Shown here: positions 17,675 to 26,372 of the stretch, piece after piece
Layout: every line of letters starts with the position of its first letter
Numbering within the stretch: position 1 is the stretch's first letter
From: an uncultured Holdemania sp.
GTDB taxonomy: Bacteria > Bacillota_I > Bacilli_A > Erysipelotrichales > Erysipelotrichaceae
Length of the DNA stretch: 64,000 nucleotides
Assembly: GCA_964370435.1 (NCBI GenBank)
Contig: CAYJJG010000007.1
Location: 13,475 to 77,474, forward strand
Reading direction: 5' to 3'
Notes under the pieces: model-generated
Database searches by the model: none
What the model saw: only the letters and a program-made list of their open reading frames with translations
What the model was told of the DNA's origin: nothing
Position numbers and translations under genes: made by a program

Positions 17675-17983
17675 CTAAACTTTTACTGTTAATGTTGTTC
17701 CATCAGCTCCTGGTGTAGTAGCTAAATATTCTACTATTTTAGCTTTTTGATCAGCTTTACAAGGTTTACATAAAGCTAAGGTATCTACTTCCTTAGTAAT
17801 TATAGCCTCAGCAAGTCCACCACATCCAGCATAACCACAACCACCACAATTATATCCTGGAAGTAGTTCAGTTAGTGCTTTAGTACGCTCATCATTTTCA
17901 ACGTAAAATACTTTATCAGCTATACCTAAGATTAAGCCCAGTACCGCACCAGTTACACCCATCATTAAGATTGCATTAATCAT
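17675..17983 (-). CDS. rnfB: Minimal RnfB: N-terminal TM plus single Fe-S domain only, no ferredoxin-type 2x[4Fe-4S] domains
   Basis: 102 aa. TM MINAILMMGVTGAVLGLILGIA, then LLPGYNCGGCGYAGCGGLAEAI...LCKPC, equivalent to E. coli RsxB [22 protein letters not shown]...RCAPG. The ORF stops before any CxxCxxCxxxCP motif. GAAGGAG SD and ATGA-type coupling to the preceding ORF. Confidence 0.8.
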   Translation of the reverse strand: MINAILMMGVTGAVLGLILGIADKVFYVENDERTKALTELLPGYNCGGCGYAGCGGLAEAIITKEVDTLALCKPCKADQKAKIVEYLATTPGADGTTLTVKV

Positions 17984-18170
17984 TTTTTACTTCTCCTTCA
18001 TTATCATGATGTGTCGGATGTGAACCACAACTAGTAATTCTACATCCTTCACAATCTACTTTTAAATCTTCACATCCCTCTGGCACTGCAGTACGATGAT
18101 TTAATGTATATAAGACAGCATAGGCACCGCCCATTACTGCTAGAAATATTAGAGCATAAAGCCATTCCAT
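17976..18170 (-). CDS. Small Cys-rich single-TM protein inserted between rnfA and rnfB
   Basis: 64 aa from the ATG 2 nt after the rnfA stop (the track uses an upstream GTG at 18194). MEWLYALIFLAVMGGAYAVLYTL (TM), then NHRTAVPEGCEDLKVDCEGCRITSCGSHPTHHDNEGEVKND (C-x7-C-x2-C-x4-C plus His cluster). Its stop overlaps the rnfB start. Confidence 0.55.
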   Translation of the reverse strand: MEWLYALIFLAVMGGAYAVLYTLNHRTAVPEGCEDLKVDCEGCRITSCGSHPTHHDNEGEVKND

Positions 18171-18171
18171 C

Positions 18172-18744
18172 TTATACAATACCTGCAAATCCACCTATTG
18201 CTAATGCCATAAGCGCAGCTGTAATTAACGCTATAGGATTACCTTTAAATGACTCTGGTGTTGTTGCAATGTCAAGACGCTCACGAATACAAGACATGAT
18301 ATATAGTACTAAAGTAAATCCGATAGGAACTGCTGCCGAATACACTAACATTTCAACTACAGAATGACTATTTGAAATATTGATTTGTGCTACATAAAGC
18401 ACTGCACAGTTAGTTGTAATTAAAGGCAAGAAAATACCTAGCGATTTGTACAATGTTGGAGAGAATTTTTTTATTACCATTTCTGTAAATTGCACAAAAG
18501 AAGCAATAACTAGAATAAATGAGATAAGACGCATATATTCAATATTTAATGGTTCTAATACATAATAGTATAAAAAGTAAGTAATGATTGAAGAACCAAC
18601 AATAACAAAAGTTACTGCTGCTCCCATACCTAATGCAGAACTGCTTTTTTTAGAAACTCCTAAAAATGGGCACATACCTAGGAAGTTGTAAAGTACGATG
18701 TTATTAATAATTACCGCACTAAGAAATAAAGTAAATAATTCCAT
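18172..18744 (-). CDS. rnfA: Rnf complex subunit A
   Basis: 190-aa polytopic membrane protein of the Rnf-Nqr (RnfA/RnfE/NqrD/NqrE) family, placed in canonical rnf order. Confidence 0.9.
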   Translation of the reverse strand: MELFTLFLSAVIINNIVLYNFLGMCPFLGVSKKSSSALGMGAAVTFVIVGSSIITYFLYYYVLEPLNIEYMRLISFILVIASFVQFTEMVIKKFSPTLYKSLGIFLPLITTNCAVLYVAQINISNSHSVVEMLVYSAAVPIGFTLVLYIMSCIRERLDIATTPESFKGNPIALITAALMALAIGGFAGIV

Positions 18745-19394
18745 TATTTAGCCCCCTTACTTGCTTTATCATCAGCACGTTTTTTTAATACTGCAAAAAG
18801 TGCAGAGAAACATGCAAAAGTTAAAAATGCTCCTACATTAGATCCAAATAAATCAATTTTAAATGGTTCCAATGATGTTAATTCAAAATTAAATATTATT
18901 TCATTAGTAAGTGGATTACTAAAAGATAAAGACATAGTCGATAGTAATTGGCGTGTTGCTGAAATTAAAATTAAACTAAAAGTATAACCAAGCCCCATAC
19001 CTATACCATCAATCGCTGAATCAACAACGTTATTCTTAGAAGCAAAAGCTTCTGCTCTACCTAGAATAATACAGTTAACTACAATTAAGCTAATAAATTC
19101 ACCTAAACTTGAATATAACGATAACATATATGCATGTAGTATCATTTCAACACAAGTAACTAATGTAGCAATAACCACAATATACACTGGGATACGAATT
19201 TCATTAGGAGTAATTTTTCTAATAGCTGAAATAATTACATTTGATAATACTAATACGACAATAACACTAACGCCCATTCCAATTGCATTGTCTAGTGTAG
19301 TAGAAATGGCAAGAGCTGAACATAAACCTAAGTATAAGCCAAATACTGGATTTTCTCTAATAAAACCAGCTTTGAAATTTTCCATTTTATTCAT
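18744..19394 (-). CDS. rnfE: Rnf complex subunit E
   Basis: 216-aa polytopic membrane protein of the Rnf-Nqr family (NPVFGLYLGLCSALA...). Canonical position, with a 1-nt overlap with rnfA. Confidence 0.9.
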   Translation of the reverse strand: MNKMENFKAGFIRENPVFGLYLGLCSALAISTTLDNAIGMGVSVIVVLVLSNVIISAIRKITPNEIRIPVYIVVIATLVTCVEMILHAYMLSLYSSLGEFISLIVVNCIILGRAEAFASKNNVVDSAIDGIGMGLGYTFSLILISATRQLLSTMSLSFSNPLTNEIIFNFELTSLEPFKIDLFGSNVGAFLTFACFSALFAVLKKRADDKASKGAK

Positions 19395-19408
19395 TTTCTA
19401 ATCCCCCT

Positions 19409-20923
19409 CTATTCTACACTTACGATATAATCTAATACCGCTTGTACTGCTGCTTTAATAGCCTCTGATGAATAAGTTGTACCTGCTACAACATCTGCCT
19501 CAATACCGTTTTCTAAAATACGCCCTGGCATTTCATTAACACCAGTTGGTATTGATTCTCCATGTTCAACTACAACGATATCCTTGATTTCTCCATTAGA
19601 AACAGTGATATCAAGAACGATTGCTCCTTCAAATCCTTCTGAAGTAACGCTATACGTATCACCATCAACACTCATAACAGTAACTTTATCTGTACTGAAT
19701 AATGCTTCACTGCTAGTATCTTCAGTAGTAGTGCTACTTGCACTATAATCTAATACCGCTTGTACTGCTGCTTTAATAGCCTCTGATGAATAAGTTGTAC
19801 CTGCTACAACATCTGCCTCAATACCGTTTTCTAAAATACGCCCTGGCATTTCATTAACACCAGTTGGTATTGATTCTCCATGTTCAACTACAACGATATC
19901 CTTGATTTCTCCATTAGAAACAGTGATATCAAGAACGATTGCTCCTTCAAATCCTTCTGAAGTAACGCTATACGTATCACCATCAACACTCATAACAGTA
20001 ACTTTATCTGTGCTGAATAATGCTTCACTGCTAGTATCTTCAGTATTACCTGTAGCAACTGCTCCAGATTCTTCCAATGCAAGCTTCATTGCAGCAAATG
20101 CTGATTTACTTGTTGCTGAAGCTCCAGCAACAACATCCACTTCACTATTTAAATCTGCACCAACAAAAGTATTTAAATAATCTTCTGTTACTTTATCACC
20201 ATATCCTGGTGTATCATTAAATTCACTCATCATTACCGTGGCAATAACTCCATCTACTACAGTAATTTCATAAACATTAGTTCCTTCAAATCCTTCTGCA
20301 CTTATGCTATACACTCCATCAGCTTCACTAACTAATGTAGCATTAAAGCTTGAGAAGTCATCGCTTAATTTAATAATTGGTTTTTCAGGTGCTGTCGGTT
20401 GTTCAGTAGAAACCTCAACTCCTGCAACTTCTGCATAAATCACTTTAGCAGCATTAATACCTTCAATAACAGCATTACTAGTTACTGTTGCTCCACTAAT
20501 AACATCAATGTTATCATTAACTGTTTTTGAAACAACACTATCTTTAAATTCTGTTTCAGTTATTTTACTTCCAAGACCATTAGTTTCTTGTTGTGCTAAA
20601 ACTTCAAATCCTGCAATGTTTCCATCTAAATCAAATCCAATTAAGAATTCAATAGGAAAGCCACTATTATAACCGATAACCGCTGCTTTAAAGGCATAAC
20701 CTTGATCTACAGCTACATATCCGTTTTCAATAAGTCCACTTTCATCTACAAATTCTATTTCTTCAAATTCAGCATCTGGGAAAATTACTTCCAAGTTTGC
20801 TAATTCAGCAGCCATTCCTTGAGCCTCAATAATTGGTTCAGTAATACTATTTACGAAACTTAGTAAACCACCCGCAAGAGCTCCAACAACTGCCAAAAAT
20901 ACTGTAAGTTTTAATATTTTCAT
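19409..20923 (-). CDS. rnfG: Rnf complex subunit G, expanded: N-terminal TM plus four FMN_bind modules
   Basis: 504 aa. TM ILKLTVFLAVVGALAGGLL. Module ends are DVISGATVTSNAVIEGINAAK, DVVAGASATSKSAFAAMKLALEE, and two identical copies of ...DVVAGTTYSSEAIKAAVQAVLDY. AAGGAGGAG SD. Confidence 0.88.
   Translation of the reverse strand: MKILKLTVFLAVVGALAGGLLSFVNSITEPIIEAQGMAAELANLEVIFPDAEFEEIEFVDESGLIENGYVAVDQGYAFKAAVIGYNSGFPIEFLIGFDLDGNIAGFEVLAQQETNGLGSKITETEFKDSVVSKTVNDNIDVISGATVTSNAVIEGINAAKVIYAEVAGVEVSTEQPTAPEKPIIKLSDDFSSFNATLVSEADGVYSISAEGFEGTNVYEITVVDGVIATVMMSEFNDTPGYGDKVTEDYLNTFVGADLNSEVDVVAGASATSKSAFAAMKLALEESGAVATGNTEDTSSEALFSTDKVTVMSVDGDTYSVTSEGFEGAIVLDITVSNGEIKDIVVVEHGESIPTGVNEMPGRILENGIEADVVAGTTYSSEAIKAAVQAVLDYSASSTTTEDTSSEALFSTDKVTVMSVDGDTYSVTSEGFEGAIVLDITVSNGEIKDIVVVEHGESIPTGVNEMPGRILENGIEADVVAGTTYSSEAIKAAVQAVLDYIVSVE
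19426..20045. repeat. Near-perfect tandem duplication inside rnfG (2 x 302 bp, period 318 bp)
   Basis: 19426-19727 and 19744-20045 are identical except for one position (A at 19694 versus G at 20012, a synonymous Ser codon). Each copy encodes one FMN_bind-like module (TEDTSSEALFSTDKVTVMSVDGDTYSVTSEGFEG...AVLDY). Confidence 0.95.
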
Positions 20924-20935
20924 GTTAGCTCCTCC

Positions 20936-22297
20936 TTACTTCGCCGCATCTAATGCAGCATTTACTGCATTGATAACTGAATTACTAGTTACTGTTGCTC
21001 CAGAAACAATATCCATATCATCACCAACTACTTTACCCGTAAAAGTAGATAAGTAATCTTCTGCTGTTGCTTTATCACCAATTCCTGGTGTATCTACAAA
21101 AGTTGTACATTCAACTCCTATTACAGCTCCATTCTCAACTTCTACCGCAAAGATATTATCTCCTTGGTATCCTTGTGAAGTTACTGTATATACATTACCG
21201 TTTACTTCTACTGTTGGACCACTAATTTCACTAGCTTCCAATGTAGTTCCACTTAATACGCCAACTGCGACAACCGTAATAAACACTATAGATACTGCCA
21301 ACATATTTTTATTTGCTGCTTTAATTTGATTGTTATCTAATGCTTTTTCAATCATCGGTGTAAGCATATTCATAATTAAAATAGAATATAATACCCCTTC
21401 AGGAAGGTTCGACATTAAACGAATTACCACAGTTAAACCTGCAGCCCCAATCGCAAAGATTATTCTTCCTGGAATTGAAGTAGGATTAGTAACTGGATCA
21501 GTAAGCATAAATACAGCTCCAAATACTAAACCACCAGTTAAAATATGATACATTGGATACCATACACCTACACCGTGTGTTAATCCAATTATTAAAGTAA
21601 TTACAAATACTGTTGCTATGTAAGTTACTGGCACGCGCCAATCAAGAATTTTACGCCATGCTAAGAAAATTCCTACAAGAAGAATAACAATTGCTGAAGT
21701 TTCGCCAATTGCTCCAGAGTAATTTCCAACAAGCATATTGGTTAGTCCACCAAATTCTTCCATTAAGATAGGTGCACTTTCATTGCTTACTAACCATCCG
21801 TTAGAAGCAATTGCCGTTGTTGGTGTTGCCCCTGTTACTACATCTGCAGCCACTGCTCCTGAAAAAGAAGAGAAAATAACTGCTCTACCTACTGCTGCAG
21901 GATTAAAGATGTTTTGTCCAAAACCTCCAAACACTAGTTTCCCAAAGAATATAGCTACAATTGTTGCAATAATTAATGGATAATAATCCATATTAATTGG
22001 ACACATTAACACTAATATAATTGCACTAACCCAAGGATATGAGTTTTTAATTGATGTTTTTAAATCTTTTTTAGTGCATACACACCAAATTGCTTCAGTT
22101 AAGCAAGCTGTAACTACTGCTGTCAACATCAATAATACAGCACGTACTACATGATTCATTCCATACTCCGGATTCGTTGCATAAAAACCCAACGTTACTA
22201 AGAATACTACAAGAAGTCCTACTGTTAGCTCCAGCATAACTCTTCCTGTACTTAGTTGATCACGATAGTTTGGAGATGGTTTAAAAGTAAATTTCAT
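20936..22297 (-). CDS. rnfD: Rnf complex subunit D fused to an extra TM helix and a C-terminal FMN_bind module
   Basis: 453 aa. RnfD core with flavinylation site AADVVTGATPTTA. An extra TM AVSIVFITVVAVGVLSG follows, then NGNVYTVTSQGYQGDNIFAVEVENGAVIGVE...PGIGDKA...DIVSGATVTSNSVINAVNAALDAAK. Confidence 0.88.
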   Translation of the reverse strand: MKFTFKPSPNYRDQLSTGRVMLELTVGLLVVFLVTLGFYATNPEYGMNHVVRAVLLMLTAVVTACLTEAIWCVCTKKDLKTSIKNSYPWVSAIILVLMCPINMDYYPLIIATIVAIFFGKLVFGGFGQNIFNPAAVGRAVIFSSFSGAVAADVVTGATPTTAIASNGWLVSNESAPILMEEFGGLTNMLVGNYSGAIGETSAIVILLVGIFLAWRKILDWRVPVTYIATVFVITLIIGLTHGVGVWYPMYHILTGGLVFGAVFMLTDPVTNPTSIPGRIIFAIGAAGLTVVIRLMSNLPEGVLYSILIMNMLTPMIEKALDNNQIKAANKNMLAVSIVFITVVAVGVLSGTTLEASEISGPTVEVNGNVYTVTSQGYQGDNIFAVEVENGAVIGVECTTFVDTPGIGDKATAEDYLSTFTGKVVGDDMDIVSGATVTSNSVINAVNAALDAAK

Positions 22298-22313
22298 CTT
22301 TATATCCCTCCCA

Positions 22314-23606
22314 CTATTTCTTACGAAGAGACATATAACGTTTCGCTCTTCTTATTCCTTCTGTCACATCAATTTTTGATGGACAAATATAGGTGCATAA
22401 TCCACACTCAATACAACTGTTGATATCTAACTTCTCTAAACTATCAACATCTTTAGTTTTTTCTGCCATATTAATACGAACTGGTTGTAACCCTGATGGA
22501 CAAGTATCACTACATTTACCACAACGTAAACAAGCCACTTCATTTTTAGCAGTATTTTTCAATACTGTTAAAGCATTAGAATATGGTGTAATAACAAATA
22601 AATCATTAGTAATTGTTTTACCCATCATTGGTCCACCAGCAATAAGCAATACATCTTCACCCACATAGCCACCACAAGCCTTAATTACTTCTTGTGCGCT
22701 TACCCCTACTGGTACTGATACATTACTTGGTGTATTAACACCATCTCCTGATACTGTTACAATTTTATTAACAATTGGCATACCTGTACGCATTGCTTCT
22801 GCAAATGCTATAGCTGTTGTTGCATTATTTACAATTATTCCAATTTCACTTGGAATACGATCATAACGTTTTTTGCATACTTGATATACTAATGTTCTCT
22901 CCCAACCCATTGGATAAACATCCGGTACACCTTTAACTTCAACATCGTTATATAACTTAAATGCTTCTGTTAAAACTGGGATAAATTCTTTTTTAGTATT
23001 TTTTATACAGACTAATGTTTTACTAGCGCCACACATTTTTTTAAGTGCACTTACCCCTAATACTAAGTCTGCTAATTGATCATGCATGATTTTATAATCA
23101 GCTGTGATATAGGGCTCACACTCTACTGCGTTAATAATTAAAGTATTAATACCTTTAATTCCCTTATATTTGATATAGGTAGGAAACCCTGCTCCACCAC
23201 AACCAACGATACCTGCATTCATCATAAATTCCACTAAGTCTTCATTACTTGAAGTCTCTGGATCAATAGGAGTTAATGGTGCCTCCTTTACATATTTTTG
23301 ATCATTCTCAATAACTAAATGATCCACTGGTGTAAGACTTGCGTGCATAACTTTTTTGATTGTTTTTACTGTTCCTGAAACAGAAGAAAACAGCGGTACT
23401 TGAAAGTGATCATTTCTTTGTGCTACTTTTGTACCGACATGTACATAATCACCTTCTTTAACTAAGACTTCAACTTTCATAGAACCCATGTTAGTTAAAG
23501 GAATTAAAACTTCATTGCCTGCTTCAACTTGAATAAGATCTGCATGACTTGTAAGTTCTTTGTGTCCATTAACATGTTTTCTCATACTTCCTGTTAAAAA
23601 TGCCAT
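22314..23606 (-). CDS. rnfC: Rnf complex subunit C (NADH-binding, 2x[4Fe-4S])
   Basis: GCGGAGFPT nucleotide/FMN site, with CLRCGKCSDTCP and CIECGLCTYICP cluster motifs. Confidence 0.92.
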   Translation of the reverse strand: MAFLTGSMRKHVNGHKELTSHADLIQVEAGNEVLIPLTNMGSMKVEVLVKEGDYVHVGTKVAQRNDHFQVPLFSSVSGTVKTIKKVMHASLTPVDHLVIENDQKYVKEAPLTPIDPETSSNEDLVEFMMNAGIVGCGGAGFPTYIKYKGIKGINTLIINAVECEPYITADYKIMHDQLADLVLGVSALKKMCGASKTLVCIKNTKKEFIPVLTEAFKLYNDVEVKGVPDVYPMGWERTLVYQVCKKRYDRIPSEIGIIVNNATTAIAFAEAMRTGMPIVNKIVTVSGDGVNTPSNVSVPVGVSAQEVIKACGGYVGEDVLLIAGGPMMGKTITNDLFVITPYSNALTVLKNTAKNEVACLRCGKCSDTCPSGLQPVRINMAEKTKDVDSLEKLDINSCIECGLCTYICPSKIDVTEGIRRAKRYMSLRKK

Positions 23607-23688
23607 TCTATCTACCTAATCCTTTCGTTCCTCTTATTTTATACTAGATACGACTTAAACAAGCCTTATTTGTTATAAAACCATTGCT

Positions 23689-23697
23689 ATTATACCA
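23689..23697 (-). promoter_or_regulatory. Extended -10 element (TGgTATAAT), candidate rnf operon promoter
   Basis: Minus strand ...aagcaagTGgTATAATagcaatgg..., about 85-90 nt upstream of the rnfC ATG. No convincing -35. Confidence 0.4.
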
Positions 23698-23915
23698 CTT
23701 GCTTAAACTCAATGGAATAACTTTAAAGGTTAAATTAGTGTTTTTTACTATAAATTTCACAAATTAAATCAAAATTGGTAAAGTAAACAATTATTTGTTA
23801 TTTTTTACTTGTTTCTACTCTTGTTTTTATACTATTTTAATTTAGCACTTATGGTTGTGAAAAAGTAAATATATGCTATAATCAAAAATATCGATAACAT
23901 TGAAAAGGTGATAAC

Positions 23916-25031
23916 ATGAAAAAAATTATATCCATACTTCTTATTTTAACGATATTAGTTGGTTGTCAAACTACTAATACAGCTAATCTAGACCGCTACA
24001 GTGATACTGACTTAACTGCAGGTTTTGATACTTTTGTAACTTTAACTACTTATGAAGAAAATGAGGCATCATTTAATGAAAAGATGGATACTACAGTACA
24101 ATTATTTAAACAATATAACGATTACTTTGATATCTACAATGAATATGAAGGCATAAATAACATCAAAACCATTAATGATAATGCTGGTATTGCCCCAGTA
24201 GTAGTTGATGATGAAATATTAGAACTGCTTTTGAATGCACAAACAATGTATGAATTAACTAACGGTAAATTTGATATCACTATCGGTAGTGTATTAAAAG
24301 TTTGGCATGAATATCGTGATGAAGGTATTTTATTAAATATGTCTGGAACACTAGCTCCTATTCCTAGTAATGAAGAATTAGAAGAAGCTAAAGCTTGTTC
24401 AGGATGGCAATATATTGAGATTAATGAAGAAGAAAAAACTGTATATATCAACAATCCGTGTGTTTCTTTAGATGTAGGTGGTAATGCTAAGGGTTATAGT
24501 GCTGAAAAAATAGTTGAAGCACTTCAAGAGGATACCTATGCAGGATTTATCAATGCTGGTGGTAATACTCGAATTATTAACACTAAACCTGATGATAGCG
24601 ATTGGGTATTGGGGATTGAACATCCTGAAACTGGTAATTCTGTAATCACTCTTAATGTTACAGGAAGCATATCTTTAGTAACCAGTGGCGATTATCGACG
24701 TTTCTTCTATGGCGAAGATCAAAAAATATATCATCACATCATTGATCCAGATACTTTAATGCCCGCTAATTATTATCGTTCCGTTTCTATACTTACTTTA
24801 AATAGCGGTGATGCTGATGTCCTATCTACTTCTTTATTCAGCCTAAGTATAGAAGAAGGCAAAAAAGTATTAGAAGCTTACAATGAACTCTATCCTGAAA
24901 CTCCAGCTGAGGCAATATGGATAATGGAAAATAACGAGAACAAACAAGAAGATGAAAATGGCTTTTATGCTGATGACTTTTATATTACTTCTACCGATGG
25001 AATAAAAGATAAGATAACCATAGTCGAATAA
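23916..25031 (+). CDS. apbE: ApbE-family FAD:protein FMN transferase, lipoprotein
   Basis: Lipobox LVGCQ. ApbE-like core (GKFDITIGSVLKVW, LDVGGNAKGY, INAGGN, LVTSGDYRRFF, HHIIDPDT). Divergent from rnfC. Confidence 0.88.
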   Translation: MKKIISILLILTILVGCQTTNTANLDRYSDTDLTAGFDTFVTLTTYEENEASFNEKMDTTVQLFKQYNDYFDIYNEYEGINNIKTINDNAGIAPVVVDDEILELLLNAQTMYELTNGKFDITIGSVLKVWHEYRDEGILLNMSGTLAPIPSNEELEEAKACSGWQYIEINEEEKTVYINNPCVSLDVGGNAKGYSAEKIVEALQEDTYAGFINAGGNTRIINTKPDDSDWVLGIEHPETGNSVITLNVTGSISLVTSGDYRRFFYGEDQKIYHHIIDPDTLMPANYYRSVSILTLNSGDADVLSTSLFSLSIEEGKKVLEAYNELYPETPAEAIWIMENNENKQEDENGFYADDFYITSTDGIKDKITIVE

Positions 25032-25039
25032 AAAAAAAC

Positions 25040-25075
25040 AAGGCGGAAAATAGGATAACCTATCTTTCGCCTTTT
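25040..25075. terminator. Hairpin terminator between convergent genes
   Basis: AAGGCGgAAAatagg...cctatcTTTCGCCTTttctt, preceded by an A-run. Confidence 0.6.
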
Positions 25076-25094
25076 CTTATGCATTATTCTTATT

Positions 25095-25796
25095 TTAAAT
25101 TCTATATAAACGATGTAAATATTGTTGTTCTAGCGCTTCATTAAATTCTCTACCACCATCAATATTTTGTGATTTATATATCGGCGGTGTAATTCCTGCT
25201 TCTAAGCATAACTCTACTGCTCTTAGTGTTACTGCTTGTAGTAATAATGAAGTTGTTACTGTAGACATACCACAAACTTTAGAATCAACTCCTTCAACAT
25301 CAATCACACTGTCTCCCTCTGGGATACGATTATCTAGTACGATATCTGCTATCGCATAAAGATTTTTTCCACAGCTATGTTTTGATTTTAATTGTTTAGA
25401 AGCTTCAAGTGAAGTTACCGCAATAACTACTGCTCCTTTTTTCTTTGCCCCTAGTGCTACTTCGATGGGTAAAGGATTTCTTCCTGAATTAGATATAACA
25501 AACACCACATCGTGTTCTCTTACATCCACTTTTTTCATGAATGAGGTTCCTACACCTTCAACACTTTCATATGCACCACCTGCTGGTTCTTTAATGTTTT
25601 TAGTAGGGATAAATCCTCCAGCACGATGTGTTAATTCTAATGCTCCAGCATTAGAATGTCCTGCACCAAACGCTTGGATAATACCACCATTTTTTAGCGT
25701 TTCTACAATTGCTTTTGCACTTAATTCAATGTTTTCTTGTTGTGTTTCTTTTACTTCTTTGACTAAATTTTCTACTACTTCAAATACTTTGTTCAT
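25095..25796 (-). CDS. SIS-domain protein (UPF0309-like sugar phosphate isomerase/binding protein)
   Basis: 233 aa with GGIIQAFGAGHS and VVFVISNSGRNPLPIE, typical of SIS folds. Confidence 0.7.
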   Translation of the reverse strand: MNKVFEVVENLVKEVKETQQENIELSAKAIVETLKNGGIIQAFGAGHSNAGALELTHRAGGFIPTKNIKEPAGGAYESVEGVGTSFMKKVDVREHDVVFVISNSGRNPLPIEVALGAKKKGAVVIAVTSLEASKQLKSKHSCGKNLYAIADIVLDNRIPEGDSVIDVEGVDSKVCGMSTVTTSLLLQAVTLRAVELCLEAGITPPIYKSQNIDGGREFNEALEQQYLHRLYRI

Positions 25797-25812
25797 TTTC
25801 TTTCTCTCCTTT

Positions 25813-26286
25813 TTATTGAACTTCTTTTATTCGATTCTTCGAAACTTTACCACTGATGCTACTAATTTTAATTTTCACTACTTCACAATAAGCAATACTA
25901 CCTTCATATTCTTTATCAAAAAGGTGCATATAATCTTTGCTGTATTTTAAACAAAGGGCATATAAAACATCTTTTTTTAAAGCATCATCTTCTAGTATAG
26001 TCGCCTGTCCTTGTGCTATTACACTACCATAATCTGTAGAGAATTGTTCAGGAACAACGGTATCTTTTTCAACAATACAAAACCCTACTTTATTACTTGT
26101 TTCTATAAGTTCTAATTTCTTACCTTGCTTTGCACAGTGGAAATAAATACTATCTTCTATTACCACAAAATTTACTGGTATTTGATAAGGATATCCATCA
26201 TCTACAACAGAAAAAATTCCTGTGCGAGCATTTTTTAGCCAACTATATGCTAAGTCATCACTAACCTTTTGTAAGTGTCTTCTCAT
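25813..26286 (-). CDS. Pyridoxamine 5'-phosphate oxidase-family (split-barrel FMN-binding) protein
   Basis: 157 aa. GYPYQIPVNFVVIEDSIYFHCAKQGKKLE matches the Pyridox_ox_2-type pattern. Confidence 0.65.
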   Translation of the reverse strand: MRRHLQKVSDDLAYSWLKNARTGIFSVVDDGYPYQIPVNFVVIEDSIYFHCAKQGKKLELIETSNKVGFCIVEKDTVVPEQFSTDYGSVIAQGQATILEDDALKKDVLYALCLKYSKDYMHLFDKEYEGSIAYCEVVKIKISSISGKVSKNRIKEVQ

Positions 26287-26312
26287 ATTATTCTCCTAAG
26301 TACTTCTATTTT

Positions 26313-26362
26313 ACAAAAAAAAGGTTGTTTAAACAATACTATACTAGTATTTTTAAACAACT
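26313..26362 (-). terminator. Hairpin terminator after pgi
   Basis: Minus strand GTTGTTTAAAaatactagtatagtattGTTTAAACAACcttttttttg. Confidence 0.65.
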
Positions 26363-26372
26363 CCTTTTAATT

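Noticed and set aside
25465-25950. 161-aa plus-strand ORF from the track, plus many similar 60-117-aa ORFs (for example 2197-2382, 5695-5937, 8849-9067, 10625-10822, 13274-13495, 18104-18367, 19902-20180, 21330-21548, 21738-21983, 22393-22668, 24134-24454, 28261-28491, 32686-32910, 37014-37217, 40839-41027, 41485-41670, 42128-42352, 46916-47104)
   Set aside because: All lie antisense to, or in an alternative frame within, well-supported longer genes. They lack SD sequences and have low-complexity, stop-poor translations. They are shadow ORFs.
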